Source of the DNA: Candidatus Dojkabacteria bacterium
Lineage (GTDB): Bacteria; Patescibacteriota; Dojkabacteria; B142; WJKM01
Assembly (NCBI GenBank): GCA_014729085.1
Contig: WJKM01000011.1
Span: 46,264-110,263 of the forward strand
DNA: 64,000 bases
Reading direction: 5' to 3'
Position 1 is the stretch's first letter, and each line of letters begins with the position of its first letter. Shown piece after piece: positions 9,501 to 18,065 of the stretch. The notes below the pieces were generated by a model. The model was not told the DNA's origin. It did not search any database and saw only the letters and a program-made list of their open reading frames with translations. The translations under genes were made by a program, and so were the position numbers.

Positions 9501-12500
9501 TAACTGAAATTGGTAATTCAGATATTAGAGCCCCCATATTCTCCTCTACTAAATCAGATACAATTGAGTATCCGCATGCTGTATTGGCTAGATTGCGGAT
9601 AACATCAAATTGAAGACTTTCAATTTGCCCAATTAGATCTCCATTTTCTGACAAAACTCTAACTTCCCATTCTGCTGGACCTTCTGGATAATCATCTTCA
9701 TGAGTTAAAAGAAAGGAAGCAGTATTATCAATTATTTCAAAGATACCGCGCCCCAAAATTCCATCTTCCAACTCGATCCAATTGCTAAAATCTCCGCCTG
9801 CCAATCTTAATCTCCCCTGTAATCTGAATCCATTCTGCCAATTCTCGACTTCTACATGAAGCCCATCATTATCTACAGCATCTCCAACACCACAGGCAGT
9901 ACCTGGAACAATGGGTGTAAGATATGAATTATTTATGTTTATTACCACTTCTTCTGTAACCGGAGGATTCTCAGGATCGAAATTACTATCTAAAACAAAT
10001 ACTTTATGGAAACTCGGGTAAGATTTATTATGTTCTTTATCCATTACCTGATGACCAATCCGATAAACTCCATCTGTAAAATATCTCTCTACTCTATCGT
10101 GCTCCACACACCTACTAAAAGAAGTACCCCAAAAAGCAGGATTATTATACTGAAGCGCTCTTCTATTAGTTCTCTCATTAATTGTATTGTAACTTGAGCT
10201 ACTTGTAAAAATTGGAGCACAGAGAATTCTCTTACGTACTGGTTCGGGTTGTCCATCTATTGGTAAGCTATTCAATTCTTCAATATAAAACACCGCCTGT
10301 TCCGGCCCTGATGGATAGGGTTGAGGATCAACATATTTTGCGTGAAAATATAATTCCCAGATATTATTTGTATAAACAATTCCATTAATCTCCATTCCTC
10401 CAGAATAGCTTACGTTTTCCACAAGCGGATCTAAAGTATCAGAGCCTATACCATACTCACCTTCATAAGCAGGTAATTCCTCACTCGAATCTGAATCGAT
10501 ATATTCATCTGGGATATTGGGGTTTGCACTGACAGAAAAATCTAATCTAAGAGTTTCTACTCCTTTCTCTGAAAACCAAGTTATTCCTTCATGCACCAGA
10601 TCTATTTCTAAACTATATTCGCCTGGCTGTGTAGGAGGAACTACTTCTAAAGCCAAACCCTGCTCTACCGAATTAAAGTATAAAAATTTAGAAAAATTTG
10701 TTCTTTTACCATCCCACTCATAAAGGCTTTCTTCTGTACAGACTTCACTATCGAGTTCACATTTCTTATACCAATGATAAGATGCTCTCACGGGATTTTC
10801 TCCCGCGTTTTGCCATGTAAGGCTTCCAGTGTTTTCGATATCTACAGGTATTATAAAAGACTCGTAAGCTAGAATTTCATTATTAACCTGTTCTCTTAAA
10901 TTATAGTCAGCTGAATATTTCTGAGCCAAAAGTATTTCATCAAAGTAAATACCACTTGCATTTCCATTTTTATAAAACTGAATATTGACTCTCTTAATTC
11001 CTTTTGTAGAATCTAATTTCCAATATACTAGACTTTGGAAAGGTTTCCTTTCTATTTCGTCAGGATTTTCATTTGAATTCCAAATTTTCATCTCTGTTGG
11101 GCTTCCAAAAGCTGAAATGTCTAATGCAACTACTTGACTATTTGTAAAGACATCATCATTGTTTATGATAATATCCCCACCAAACAAAGCTTCATCAGGG
11201 GACGAACTTCTTTTTGTTGTATTGTCAAGAATTATTGAATCGCTCTTAACTTCAGATACATTGCCGGCTTTATCTCGATATTTAACAAAGACGAAGGAAT
11301 GACCGGTCTCTGAAGCTAGATTATAATTAATTTCGCAGCTTAAATAAGTTGGGTCATCTCCTTGGCATGTCTCCCAATCACTCCAATTGTTTTGATCAGA
11401 ACTTAGGGAGTAGGATATAAAACCTGATCCAGGTACACAGTTTACTCCCTCCTGATTACACAAATCTGGGTCTTCAGCTGTAAGCGCCAAATTAACACTA
11501 GTAGAATTTGTTTTATATGAATCGTTGTTAATTTTTATACTTCCATTAGGAGACCTGGCATCTAAAATAATATTGTCACAAGATTCATCTGAAATATTTT
11601 CAGCCGAATCCTTAATTTGAATACAAATATTTTTCTCTCCATTTACTAAAGGATCTTTGAGGGAATCTATAACTCCCTTGGAAAAAGGTATCCAAGAACT
11701 ATATTCCTCAGCTTCACAAGTATCATTACAGTACTTAAACCTCATATATTTTGCTTCCAGCTCTGAATCTACCGCTATAGAAAGTGCCACTGTACTTTCA
11801 GAAGTATATTCTTCATTATTATTTATTATAATTGAAACTTGAGGTACTAAATGCTTCAATACTATCTCATCTGAAAAAACTTCAGAAACATTACCTGCCC
11901 TATCTTGAGTTTGCATAAATACTTTCAAAACCTCTCCGTCTATTCCATTATCCCAACTTAATATATCAGAAAAAACTTCTCCTTCTTCATATACTTGCCA
12001 ACCTGAAAATGCACTATTATCAAATGAAAATCGAATCTTTTCGACTCCGGATACTTGATTTTTATTAAATTCAAAACCTGGAATCGTAACAGGAGATAAA
12101 CTATCTGTACTTATAAATGAAATATAATTTTTTAATTTCCCTGTATATTCAGGATTTGATAAATCATACTCAAAATGCCCAATCAAAATATCTCGAAAGT
12201 CAATACTTTTTGAAAACTGCGTGGAATCGGGAGGTGTTATATCATAAACAAAACTCTCAGATGCTATGGAAACATTGCCTTTTTCATCAGTTATCTCGAT
12301 ATATTTGGAATGTCTACCTTCTGCCTGTAACAATGGTTTATGTTCAAGTATTGGAATTGTAAGTTCAGATCCATCCCATTTATTGCATACTACAGAATTA
12401 TTTTGCGAATCCATTCCCATTATTCGAGGGCAATTAGTATTAGGAAGAAAATCAAATGTAAACCAATTAAACCCATCATTTGAAAATCTTGCTCCTTTTA

Positions 12501-13485
12501 TTTCGTACGTGTTCTTAGTTGCTGAATATACGGCATTCAAATTGTTCAAATTGCTAGTGAATTCAATTCCACTCTCTTGATCGCTCTTAAAAAGGATATT
12601 ACCTGACGCCGGTATTGGCAATTCATTATTAGACTCGTCCACATATTCAATTATTTCATTGCCAAGTTCTGTACCTGTCCAATCCTTTTTGGGATCTAGA
12701 AGTTCTGAGATTTGAGGTGCTTCCCCAGACGCTCCATTAAATTTGAAAATTATATCGTTGTAATCTTTGTCACTTCTATGTCCTTCATCCATTCTCTGGT
12801 CCTCGATTGCGAAACCTTTTCCTCCTCCCGTTATATCTCCTATCTGGCCGTAGTAAAAGATATCCTCAGGATTTGAAGTTGCCATTGAGAAAAGGGGTCT
12901 TTTTTTACCACCAATATCAGGATTTTCATAAACTTCTTGAACTGTTCCATCGGGTACAAGCATAACTCCAAATTCTTCATACGGCTGCATCCAAAAGCTC
13001 TTAAATCCCATATAGGGCCCTGAATTGTGATTACCATCACCATTTAGCGGTCCATCAAACCTAGCTCCCTCCTGTATATCCGAAATAATTACAAAACCTT
13101 CCGATTCAGACAGAGCTCTTTTTGCTGCCTCCTCAATGAATTCTTCGGGATTGCTTAATGATCTCATCCCATTTAAAGAAAAAATAGCAAGTTCTCCTTT
13201 ATATCCACCGCCATCAAAAACGAAATCAGTTAAGATTTTTCCTGTTTTTCCTGTTGTAAATACACCTGAAGTAAATTCTAAATTCTCAGTTAAAGTTAAA
13301 TTTTCCTCCTCAAATATCTCTCCTGAACTAACTAATAATCTACCAGAAGCAGATACTTGTTCATCTGAATTTAAATCTTCTCCCGACTGTGCATAAGATA
13401 TTGAATTTAAAATAAACAATGGTTGTAAAAAGAAATACAGGCACATTAATAAACAAAATATACGCTTAAAATTTACTTTTCTCAT
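6520..13485 (-). CDS. giant (2321 aa) secreted multidomain cell-wall hydrolase: signal peptide, DUF4114-like N-domain, Ig/FN-like repeats, two SH3b-like modules, M23 peptidase domain 1, three SLH repeats, M23 peptidase domain 2
   Basis: Uninterrupted 6.9-kb ORF with N-terminal signal 'LLMCLYFFLQPLFILNSISYAQS'. Two M23 metal-binding segments: '...NTGYVRGNPDHNLDKQGCHLHLEIHE' and 'NTGNTEGSHLHYEIF'. SLH motifs: 'HGYSDGNFYPKRLVTRGQTAKFIVNAF', 'QGYSDGTFKPDEYITKGQLAKILIEA', plus a third degenerate copy. SH3b-like: 'DPWYYIRLSDGTRGWIPGVFV' and 'GDKILIIKELDDWYKVIASDDLTIGFIHKAYV'. Confidence 0.85.
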   Translation of the reverse strand: MRKVNFKRIFCLLMCLYFFLQPLFILNSISYAQSGEDLNSDEQVSASGRLLVSSGEIFEEENLTLTENLEFTSGVFTTGKTGKILTDFVFDGGGYKGELAIFSLNGMRSLSNPEEFIEEAAKRALSESEGFVIISDIQEGARFDGPLNGDGNHNSGPYMGFKSFWMQPYEEFGVMLVPDGTVQEVYENPDIGGKKRPLFSMATSNPEDIFYYGQIGDITGGGKGFAIEDQRMDEGHRSDKDYNDIIFKFNGASGEAPQISELLDPKKDWTGTELGNEIIEYVDESNNELPIPASGNILFKSDQESGIEFTSNLNNLNAVYSATKNTYEIKGARFSNDGFNWFTFDFLPNTNCPRIMGMDSQNNSVVCNKWDGSELTIPILEHKPLLQAEGRHSKYIEITDEKGNVSIASESFVYDITPPDSTQFSKSIDFRDILIGHFEYDLSNPEYTGKLKNYISFISTDSLSPVTIPGFEFNKNQVSGVEKIRFSFDNSAFSGWQVYEEGEVFSDILSWDNGIDGEVLKVFMQTQDRAGNVSEVFSDEIVLKHLVPQVSIIINNNEEYTSESTVALSIAVDSELEAKYMRFKYCNDTCEAEEYSSWIPFSKGVIDSLKDPLVNGEKNICIQIKDSAENISDESCDNIILDARSPNGSIKINNDSYKTNSTSVNLALTAEDPDLCNQEGVNCVPGSGFISYSLSSDQNNWSDWETCQGDDPTYLSCEINYNLASETGHSFVFVKYRDKAGNVSEVKSDSIILDNTTKRSSSPDEALFGGDIIINNDDVFTNSQVVALDISAFGSPTEMKIWNSNENPDEIERKPFQSLVYWKLDSTKGIKRVNIQFYKNGNASGIYFDEILLAQKYSADYNLREQVNNEILAYESFIIPVDIENTGSLTWQNAGENPVRASYHWYKKCELDSEVCTEESLYEWDGKRTNFSKFLYFNSVEQGLALEVVPPTQPGEYSLEIDLVHEGITWFSEKGVETLRLDFSVSANPNIPDEYIDSDSSEELPAYEGEYGIGSDTLDPLVENVSYSGGMEINGIVYTNNIWELYFHAKYVDPQPYPSGPEQAVFYIEELNSLPIDGQPEPVRKRILCAPIFTSSSSYNTINERTNRRALQYNNPAFWGTSFSRCVEHDRVERYFTDGVYRIGHQVMDKEHNKSYPSFHKVFVLDSNFDPENPPVTEEVVININNSYLTPIVPGTACGVGDAVDNDGLHVEVENWQNGFRLQGRLRLAGGDFSNWIELEDGILGRGIFEIIDNTASFLLTHEDDYPEGPAEWEVRVLSENGDLIGQIESLQFDVIRNLANTACGYSIVSDLVEENMGALISELPISVRMGPSFEFSEITRIGFGEIFEILQKTPEKTDPWYYIRLSDGTRGWIPGVFVDKNPDYNIPVQSPEEPLYQNAKVCNLDHEIPLKMASDWNSRDMYTGFSVSNTKLINNGDKILIIKELDDWYKVIASDDLTIGFIHKAYVCRLGSLDLEEIAQLDFEMPFGDASELTFPFAPRQEDFHYADDFGIPCNTPVKAVYGGTVKETGTEGIVMGNDSTSQTPANYVILSHSLFDSSGETLESHYWHLNEVWVNEGDQVAKGQLIGLSGNTGYVRGNPDHNLDKQGCHLHLEIHETQDDFARNPLHVLGENIAQERIDELKSKYLKDLNDKEIVNNLEYGTGSEVAVSDTLEVEVGVEFDKNGQLKLQYFYGKPSPPIITEVQVNPKKDTAWIYGVSTYKQAQFNLKVTYFDQTVREFRFYQQLDHVGIQLYKNRIGRDLELNNAFTWAEKDGNWAKKLVLGDELNVGDTIYARTKVWDSINNLAEGDELFRNFIYNIRYAEENEYMVSGKSNKEKILTLEDREIERKIEQAEAESAEECQPRKGMLDVCGNKYWEHIEELIERNIIHGYSDGNFYPKRLVTRGQTAKFIVNAFNLKIDTEGKRFPDVPEDHVFFEHIYTLRNKKIIQGYSDGTFKPDEYITKGQLAKILIEATNLYSCKNNSPLFQDVPRNYMFYKYIQSLGNYGVKEEGSMFYPDQQVQRDLMAFYVNMTRREFEDWTFEDDVEQGCISTESPVSFDVFESVLKETYINKFEQKTKNWTEERKLSELTKWINSPEEYQLNFNLFQDWLCNATGGCLSHGRKAAIDISMQNNTPLVSTINGTAYFRGKDSQGAYYVDVMNEKYQIRYLHLDPNTSNLYKQSKYKEVQKGELIAYSDNTGNTEGSHLHYEIFIKIPEIQQYKSTFSKKCLYVGAPDCEEYKGDIEELSKFLSSKENSEDYKKWEDDVRLQKFAYDVFKPLFEKGGYYSRYDLGVSAYYFKDWSDRVFTSAMAEISSRI
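6845..7150 (-). other. M23 peptidase domain 2 (C-terminal) of the giant protein
   Basis: 'GTAYFRGKDSQGAYYVDV...IRYLHLD...ELIAYSDNTGNTEGSHLHYEIF' covers the HxxxD and HxH M23 motifs. Confidence 0.65.
7386..7820 (-). other. three tandem S-layer homology (SLH) repeats inside the giant protein
   Basis: Back-translated SLH motifs at about 7748-7816, 7565-7640 and 7386-7490. These lie between the two M23 domains. Confidence 0.7.
8620..8980 (-). other. M23 (LytM-type) peptidase domain 1 of the giant protein
   Basis: 'FGIPCNTPVKAVYGGTV' upstream part and the 'CHLHLEIHE' HxH motif (codons at about 8641-8664). Confidence 0.7.
9076..9415 (-). other. two SH3b-like modules inside the giant protein
   Basis: Located by back-translating 'DPWYYIRLSDGTRGWIPGVFV' (about 9330-9415) and 'NGDKILIIKELDDWYKVIASDDLTIGFIHKAYV' (about 9076-9180). 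Confidence 0.45.
12735..13215 (-). other. DUF4114-like N-terminal domain of the giant protein (tentative)
   Basis: 'GFAIEDQRMDEGHRSDKDYNDIIFKF' resembles the conserved FED...D-Y/F-N-D core I remember for DUF4114. Boundaries approximate. Confidence 0.35.
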
Positions 13486-13835
13486 ATCTTTTAAAAATCA
13501 GTTTAGATAATCAGGAATAATTATCCTCCTTAAAATACGCAGAATATAACCCTCGTTGCATTCGTAATTAGTTGTCCCATCCGGTAGAACAGAACGCCAG
13601 CTTGTACGGGAAAGTGCAAATTTTCAATTTCTTTTACAACGAACCTCTATTTGTACTTTATATGATTTAATAAAAACAAATTAACTATAGTTATAAATAT
13701 CCAATACGGATTTTATTCAAAATCAAAAATTCGAAGAAAATAATTATTCCTAATAATTTGTAACATTAGAAAAAAATTGATGCATTGTGATGCAATACAA
13801 AATTTGAAAGAAAATCTGTTTTTTAAAAGAATTGA

Positions 13836-14357
13836 CTATTTGTCCTGCTTAGGAGCAGGATTTGAGGCTTGTGTCTCAGAAATCGTTAGTACTTTTAGTA
13901 AACCACCAATAGCACCAAATACTGAATACAATAATACATGAACAGTTGTTCCACACACACTTCCAAAAACAAAAGCTGTAAAATCTCTAGCTCCCATTAC
14001 GGTATCTGATGTAATTTCTCCGAAGTTCATATTTTGAGTCCAGTTTATCCCGCTTGTCATCCCAAACCCAAGCACGATGAATAGCCCTGTTATTAAGATA
14101 CTAACAACTGATCCTATTAAGCCTGCAATAACACTTCCTAAAACGCCTTGTTTTGCTCCCTCAAGATAATCTTCTCTTTTAATATGTGCCAAATGTGCTG
14201 AAAAATATCCTACTCCCATTGGCAATGCAAAGAAAGCAATACATTGAACTGGCAAAGCAAGACAATTTATTATAGGAATCATACCAATAATACTTAAACT
14301 AACGGCTATCCCGCCTCCAATTAACCCAGCCTTAAGATAAGGTTTGGTTGTATCCAT
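13836..14357 (-). CDS. hypothetical polytopic membrane protein
   Basis: 173-aa ORF with 4-5 Gly/Ala-rich TM helices. No catalytic motif. Confidence 0.5.
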   Translation of the reverse strand: MDTTKPYLKAGLIGGGIAVSLSIIGMIPIINCLALPVQCIAFFALPMGVGYFSAHLAHIKREDYLEGAKQGVLGSVIAGLIGSVVSILITGLFIVLGFGMTSGINWTQNMNFGEITSDTVMGARDFTAFVFGSVCGTTVHVLLYSVFGAIGGLLKVLTISETQASNPAPKQDK

Positions 14358-14585
14358 ATTATGATTTTAAAAATTAAAGAATTTTAAATATTTTAATATA
14401 ATTACTTACTAAATAATAAACTATTTTAAAAAATCGTGTGTACAAAAAGATAAGAAGAATTTGCCTTAAAAATTGAAACCTGTGATATAATATCATGGCT
14501 ACACCAGAGCTCCAAGCATCAGGCACGCTTTCCTAATACTTGCAGTTATCGGTCGGATATTTCCATTTAAGTAGCGGTATTTAAT

Positions 14586-14891
14586 TTGTCACATTTTTAT
14601 ATTTTCATGAATGACATGAATGAAAACAACGACCAAAATAGTAAACTATTTGTCGGCGGGCTTTCTTGGGATACTACTGAAGAAGGTCTAAGAACTTTCT
14701 TCGAGCAAGTTGGAGAAGTTAAAGAGGTAAAAATCATTGTCCATAGAGACACAGGCAAATCACGAGGATTTGGATTTGTTACTATGGCAACAGAAGAAGA
14801 GGCACAAAAAGCCATTGAAGAACTAAACGAACAAGAACTTGACGGCAGAACACTTAAGGTTGCTGAAGCAAGACCTCGAGAAGAAAGATAG
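14586..14891 (+). CDS. RRM-type RNA-binding protein
   Basis: RNP-2 'LFVGGL' and RNP-1 'RGFGFVTM' in a roughly 90-aa single RRM. The start could be one of the downstream Met codons (MNDMNENN). Confidence 0.8.
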   Translation: MSHFYIFMNDMNENNDQNSKLFVGGLSWDTTEEGLRTFFEQVGEVKEVKIIVHRDTGKSRGFGFVTMATEEEAQKAIEELNEQELDGRTLKVAEARPREER

Positions 14892-14917
14892 GATATATAC
14901 TTTCTTAATATTAAACA

Positions 14918-14963
14918 GACTGTAAATTTATTGTTTACTCAATATATTTACAGTCTTTTTTTA
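14918..14963 (+). terminator. rho-independent terminator downstream of the RRM gene
   Basis: 11-bp inverted repeat AGACTGTAAAT...ATTTACAGTCT immediately followed by a 7-nt T-tract (14958-14964). Confidence 0.55.
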
Positions 14964-15031
14964 TGATTTTCTTTTCATATTATACTTTCTGCTTTAAAAT
15001 AAAATTGACGTAATTTATTAAAAAATTAACA

Positions 15032-15628
15032 ATGACACAAAAAAAATCCGGTCAATCCTTTGTAATTATTCTTTTAATCATAGTAATCCTGCTACTGCTT
15101 TGTATATGCTGTTCAATTTTTTTCTTTATATTCTTTGGCTCATCTGACAGACTACCAGACGAGTTGCAAAATGAATTTGACCGCCAAGATTGGAGCTGGG
15201 TAGAAGATTCTTATACTCGAACTCCTGTACCTCCAGAAGTTGAACCAACAATAGAACCTTTGAACCCACCACCTCCCCAGGTAGTAGAAACTCCGACTAA
15301 CCAAGCTGAGGATGCAATAATTGTAGATCCAGATGCTAGCAAAGATTTTACTGCTCTAGAAACTGTATACCAACATATAATGAATAATCTCCACGAACAA
15401 TACGGGGACAGTGTACAAATTGGATCACCAGTAAAAAGTTCTGGAAAAATTGAAATCACATTTACGGCTGATGGGACAAATTATACTTACTGGATAGTGG
15501 AAAAAGAAAATACTGGAAGTTATGCAGAAGTAGTTGTAGGACCTCCTAATGCTGGTGGGATTTTATATAAATTAGAGTCAACAGGCGCTGTGTGGGCTAT
15601 AACAGAAGAAATTGACGAAGGGATATAA
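15032..15628 (+). CDS. hypothetical N-terminally membrane-anchored protein with a Pro-rich linker
   Basis: 198-aa ORF. TM 'FVIILLIIVILLLLCICCSIFFFIFF' followed by 'PVPPEVEPTIEPLNPPPPQVVETP' and a C-terminal globular part. Confidence 0.5.
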   Translation: MTQKKSGQSFVIILLIIVILLLLCICCSIFFFIFFGSSDRLPDELQNEFDRQDWSWVEDSYTRTPVPPEVEPTIEPLNPPPPQVVETPTNQAEDAIIVDPDASKDFTALETVYQHIMNNLHEQYGDSVQIGSPVKSSGKIEITFTADGTNYTYWIVEKENTGSYAEVVVGPPNAGGILYKLESTGAVWAITEEIDEGI

Positions 15629-15692
15629 GAATAAAAACAAAATCTGAGTAATAATTTGGCATAAACACAATTTATCTATGGTTTGTTTTATA

Positions 15693-16826
15693 TCATTTCC
15701 TTTCATCTAAAGCCCATTTGGAACTCGCCCCTTCTCTCGTAATTAAAACTGAAGCAATATAAGAGGTAATAGGCACAATCAAGATTAATCCTATACTACC
15801 AACAACAGTCCTGACTATTTCTTCGGCAAATACTTCTTCATTAATGATATCTCCGAAAGAAACATTTCGAGCACGCAAAATCATGATAAGAGGCATACTT
15901 GCACCAGCATACGCTATAAACAATGTATTGACCATAGAAGCTATATGATCTCTTCCCATAAACATTGCCTTTTTGAATAAATCCTTTCTGGAAATCCCAG
16001 GGTTTGCTGTAAAAATTTGCTGCATAGCAGAAATTTGGTTCACCGTTACATCATCTATTAATCCAATACCTCCAATTATAATGCTCACAAAAAGAATACC
16101 CTTAGTATTTATATCCTCTTTTATATCAGTCATGAGAAAGAATGCCTCATCCTGTCCAAAGCCGGTAAGTTCAGTTAATTCAATGAAAAACAATGCTAAT
16201 ATTGAGGTAATAATTAAGCCTATAAAAGTCGATATTAATGCTGTTGTAGTCTTGGGATTGAACCCATGGGAGAGATAAACAGAAGAAATTAAAACTAGTC
16301 CAGCACCAATATACCCTGCCACAATTGGATTCCACCCCTTAAGAATCATTGGAATTGTAATTAAAAAAAGGACTAAGACACTTATCAATAAACCAACAAT
16401 TGATCCAAGACCTTGAAGACGAGCAATAGCTATTGTGATCAATACAAAAAGAATCAATAACATCAAAATTGCATTTTCCCTCACTACTCCTACTATCGAA
16501 TAGCTCTCACCTTCATAAGTCCGCATAACTTCAAGGAAAACCTCGTCACCCACATCATGATTTAAAGTCGACAAAACAAAAGGATCTGAAAAAGCTTCTA
16601 CCTCTGTCCCCTCTCTACCTCCCTCCGAGATTTCTAAGGTGTATTTATCACACATTTTTTCTGAATCATGTTCACAGGGGACTTGCTCAACTTTAATGAT
16701 TTTGGCCCTAGTTCTGGAAATCAAATCTTCGCCACTCTGTGCATAGACTTTATGATTAAAAAATATTAATACAAAAAGAATTAATATTAAAAAAAGAGCT
16801 GTCTTCTTAAATTCAAGTTTCATCAA
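15693..16826 (-). CDS. YibE/F-like polytopic membrane protein with an N-terminal secreted domain
   Basis: 377-aa ORF. Signal/anchor, then an ectodomain of about 100 aa, then about 8 TM helices containing 'GWNP'/'GFNP' motifs. Family assignment is from memory. The N-terminus carries 'VYAQSGEDL' after the signal peptide. Confidence 0.5.
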   Translation of the reverse strand: MMKLEFKKTALFLILILFVLIFFNHKVYAQSGEDLISRTRAKIIKVEQVPCEHDSEKMCDKYTLEISEGGREGTEVEAFSDPFVLSTLNHDVGDEVFLEVMRTYEGESYSIVGVVRENAILMLLILFVLITIAIARLQGLGSIVGLLISVLVLFLITIPMILKGWNPIVAGYIGAGLVLISSVYLSHGFNPKTTTALISTFIGLIITSILALFFIELTELTGFGQDEAFFLMTDIKEDINTKGILFVSIIIGGIGLIDDVTVNQISAMQQIFTANPGISRKDLFKKAMFMGRDHIASMVNTLFIAYAGASMPLIMILRARNVSFGDIINEEVFAEEIVRTVVGSIGLILIVPITSYIASVLITREGASSKWALDERK

Positions 16827-17054
16827 TTTAAATAAATAAATTTAATCGTTTAATTATACATTTTTTAAATTAACAGCTTAATTTGATTTTTGTGCAGAAT
16901 AAAAAAAATCAATGTTCAAAATGCATTAAAATTTCTGATTATCCTGTAAGAAAGCAATTGTATTAATCTGCTAGTATAAATATTCATTATTACTTTAATT
17001 TATCACTTGTAGTATTTTGCATTCATTATTAGAATAAGATGCAATATTTTTGTT

Positions 17055-18065
17055 TTGAATAAAATGCATCCATTAGGAAAATTATCCAAAAAAGAAAGGA
17101 AGAAACTCCAAGATGAGTTGGTTTCCAAAGTTGAAATAGAAATTCAACTAAATCTAGAGTACATGCTTCTTTTAGTTACTGCGACAATTATTGCAACTCT
17201 CGGAATTCTTAATAATAATTCCGTTGTAGTTATCGGGGCAATGATAATTTCTCCGCTTTTTTGGCCTATTCTGGGTATAGTCTTAGCAATAATTACATCA
17301 AAGAAACGTTTGATTCGAAAGGCTTTCTTTTCTTTTATTGCCAGTTTTGTAATTACTATATTTATAAGTGCAATAGTAACCTTTGTCTTTCCAATAAAAA
17401 CTTTAACCAATGAAATATTAATTAGAACCAATCCTACTTTGATAGATATAATTATTGCTCTGGCTACAAGTGTTATTGGAGTTGCTGCAATGTACTACCC
17501 TGGAATTTCCTCCTCTTCTACTGGGGTTGCTTTGTCTATCTCATTAATTCCACCCTTGTGTGTAGTAGGCATAGGTTCAGCGCTTGGAAATTTAGAGGTG
17601 TTTTCCAATTCGCTAATACTATTTGCTGGTAATGTAGGAGCAATAATCTTTGCTGGGGTTTTAACCCTTTTCCTCCTCAAGTTTCGCCCTCATAAAAAAG
17701 AAGAGGTTAAAACTTTCAGACTTGGTCTTTTTATGTCAGGAGTTTTTCTGTTCTTTTTATCTATACCTCTAGGTTTTTATCTCTACGATACTGTTCAAGA
17801 AACTAATTTGAAAACAGATATTACTAACACACTTACAACTGAAATACATCAGATCTCTTCGGATATCGAAATTGATGATATTCGGATTCAACTTCCAACC
17901 AATCTGGAACATGAGGAAATTAAAATTACTGCTACAGTTCATGTTCCAGGAGAAATAAACATTTCCTCAAATAGACAAAATAGAATAATCCAAGCTATAC
18001 AAACACAAACAAATAATAATGTTGATTTACAGATAAATATTATTGAAACTCTAGTTATAAAATAA
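17055..18065 (+). CDS. DUF389 (TIGR00341-like) hydrophobic-domain membrane protein
   Basis: 336-aa ORF. 'AMIISPLFWPILGIVLAI' and a second 'SLIPPLCVVGIGSALG' repeat match the SPLM-type repeats of DUF389. Confidence 0.5.
   Translation: MNKMHPLGKLSKKERKKLQDELVSKVEIEIQLNLEYMLLLVTATIIATLGILNNNSVVVIGAMIISPLFWPILGIVLAIITSKKRLIRKAFFSFIASFVITIFISAIVTFVFPIKTLTNEILIRTNPTLIDIIIALATSVIGVAAMYYPGISSSSTGVALSISLIPPLCVVGIGSALGNLEVFSNSLILFAGNVGAIIFAGVLTLFLLKFRPHKKEEVKTFRLGLFMSGVFLFFLSIPLGFYLYDTVQETNLKTDITNTLTTEIHQISSDIEIDDIRIQLPTNLEHEEIKITATVHVPGEINISSNRQNRIIQAIQTQTNNNVDLQINIIETLVIK

Noticed and set aside
7755-13396. Multiple 60-105-aa plus-strand ORFs (7755-8036, 8394-8615, 8776-9060, 9285-9489, 10006-10197, 10517-10723, 11657-11842, 12117-12580, 13136-13396) inside the giant minus-strand gene
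   Set aside because: All lie antisense to a continuous 2321-aa ORF with strong domain content. They have odd, Ser/Pro/Cys-rich compositions. These are shadow ORFs.
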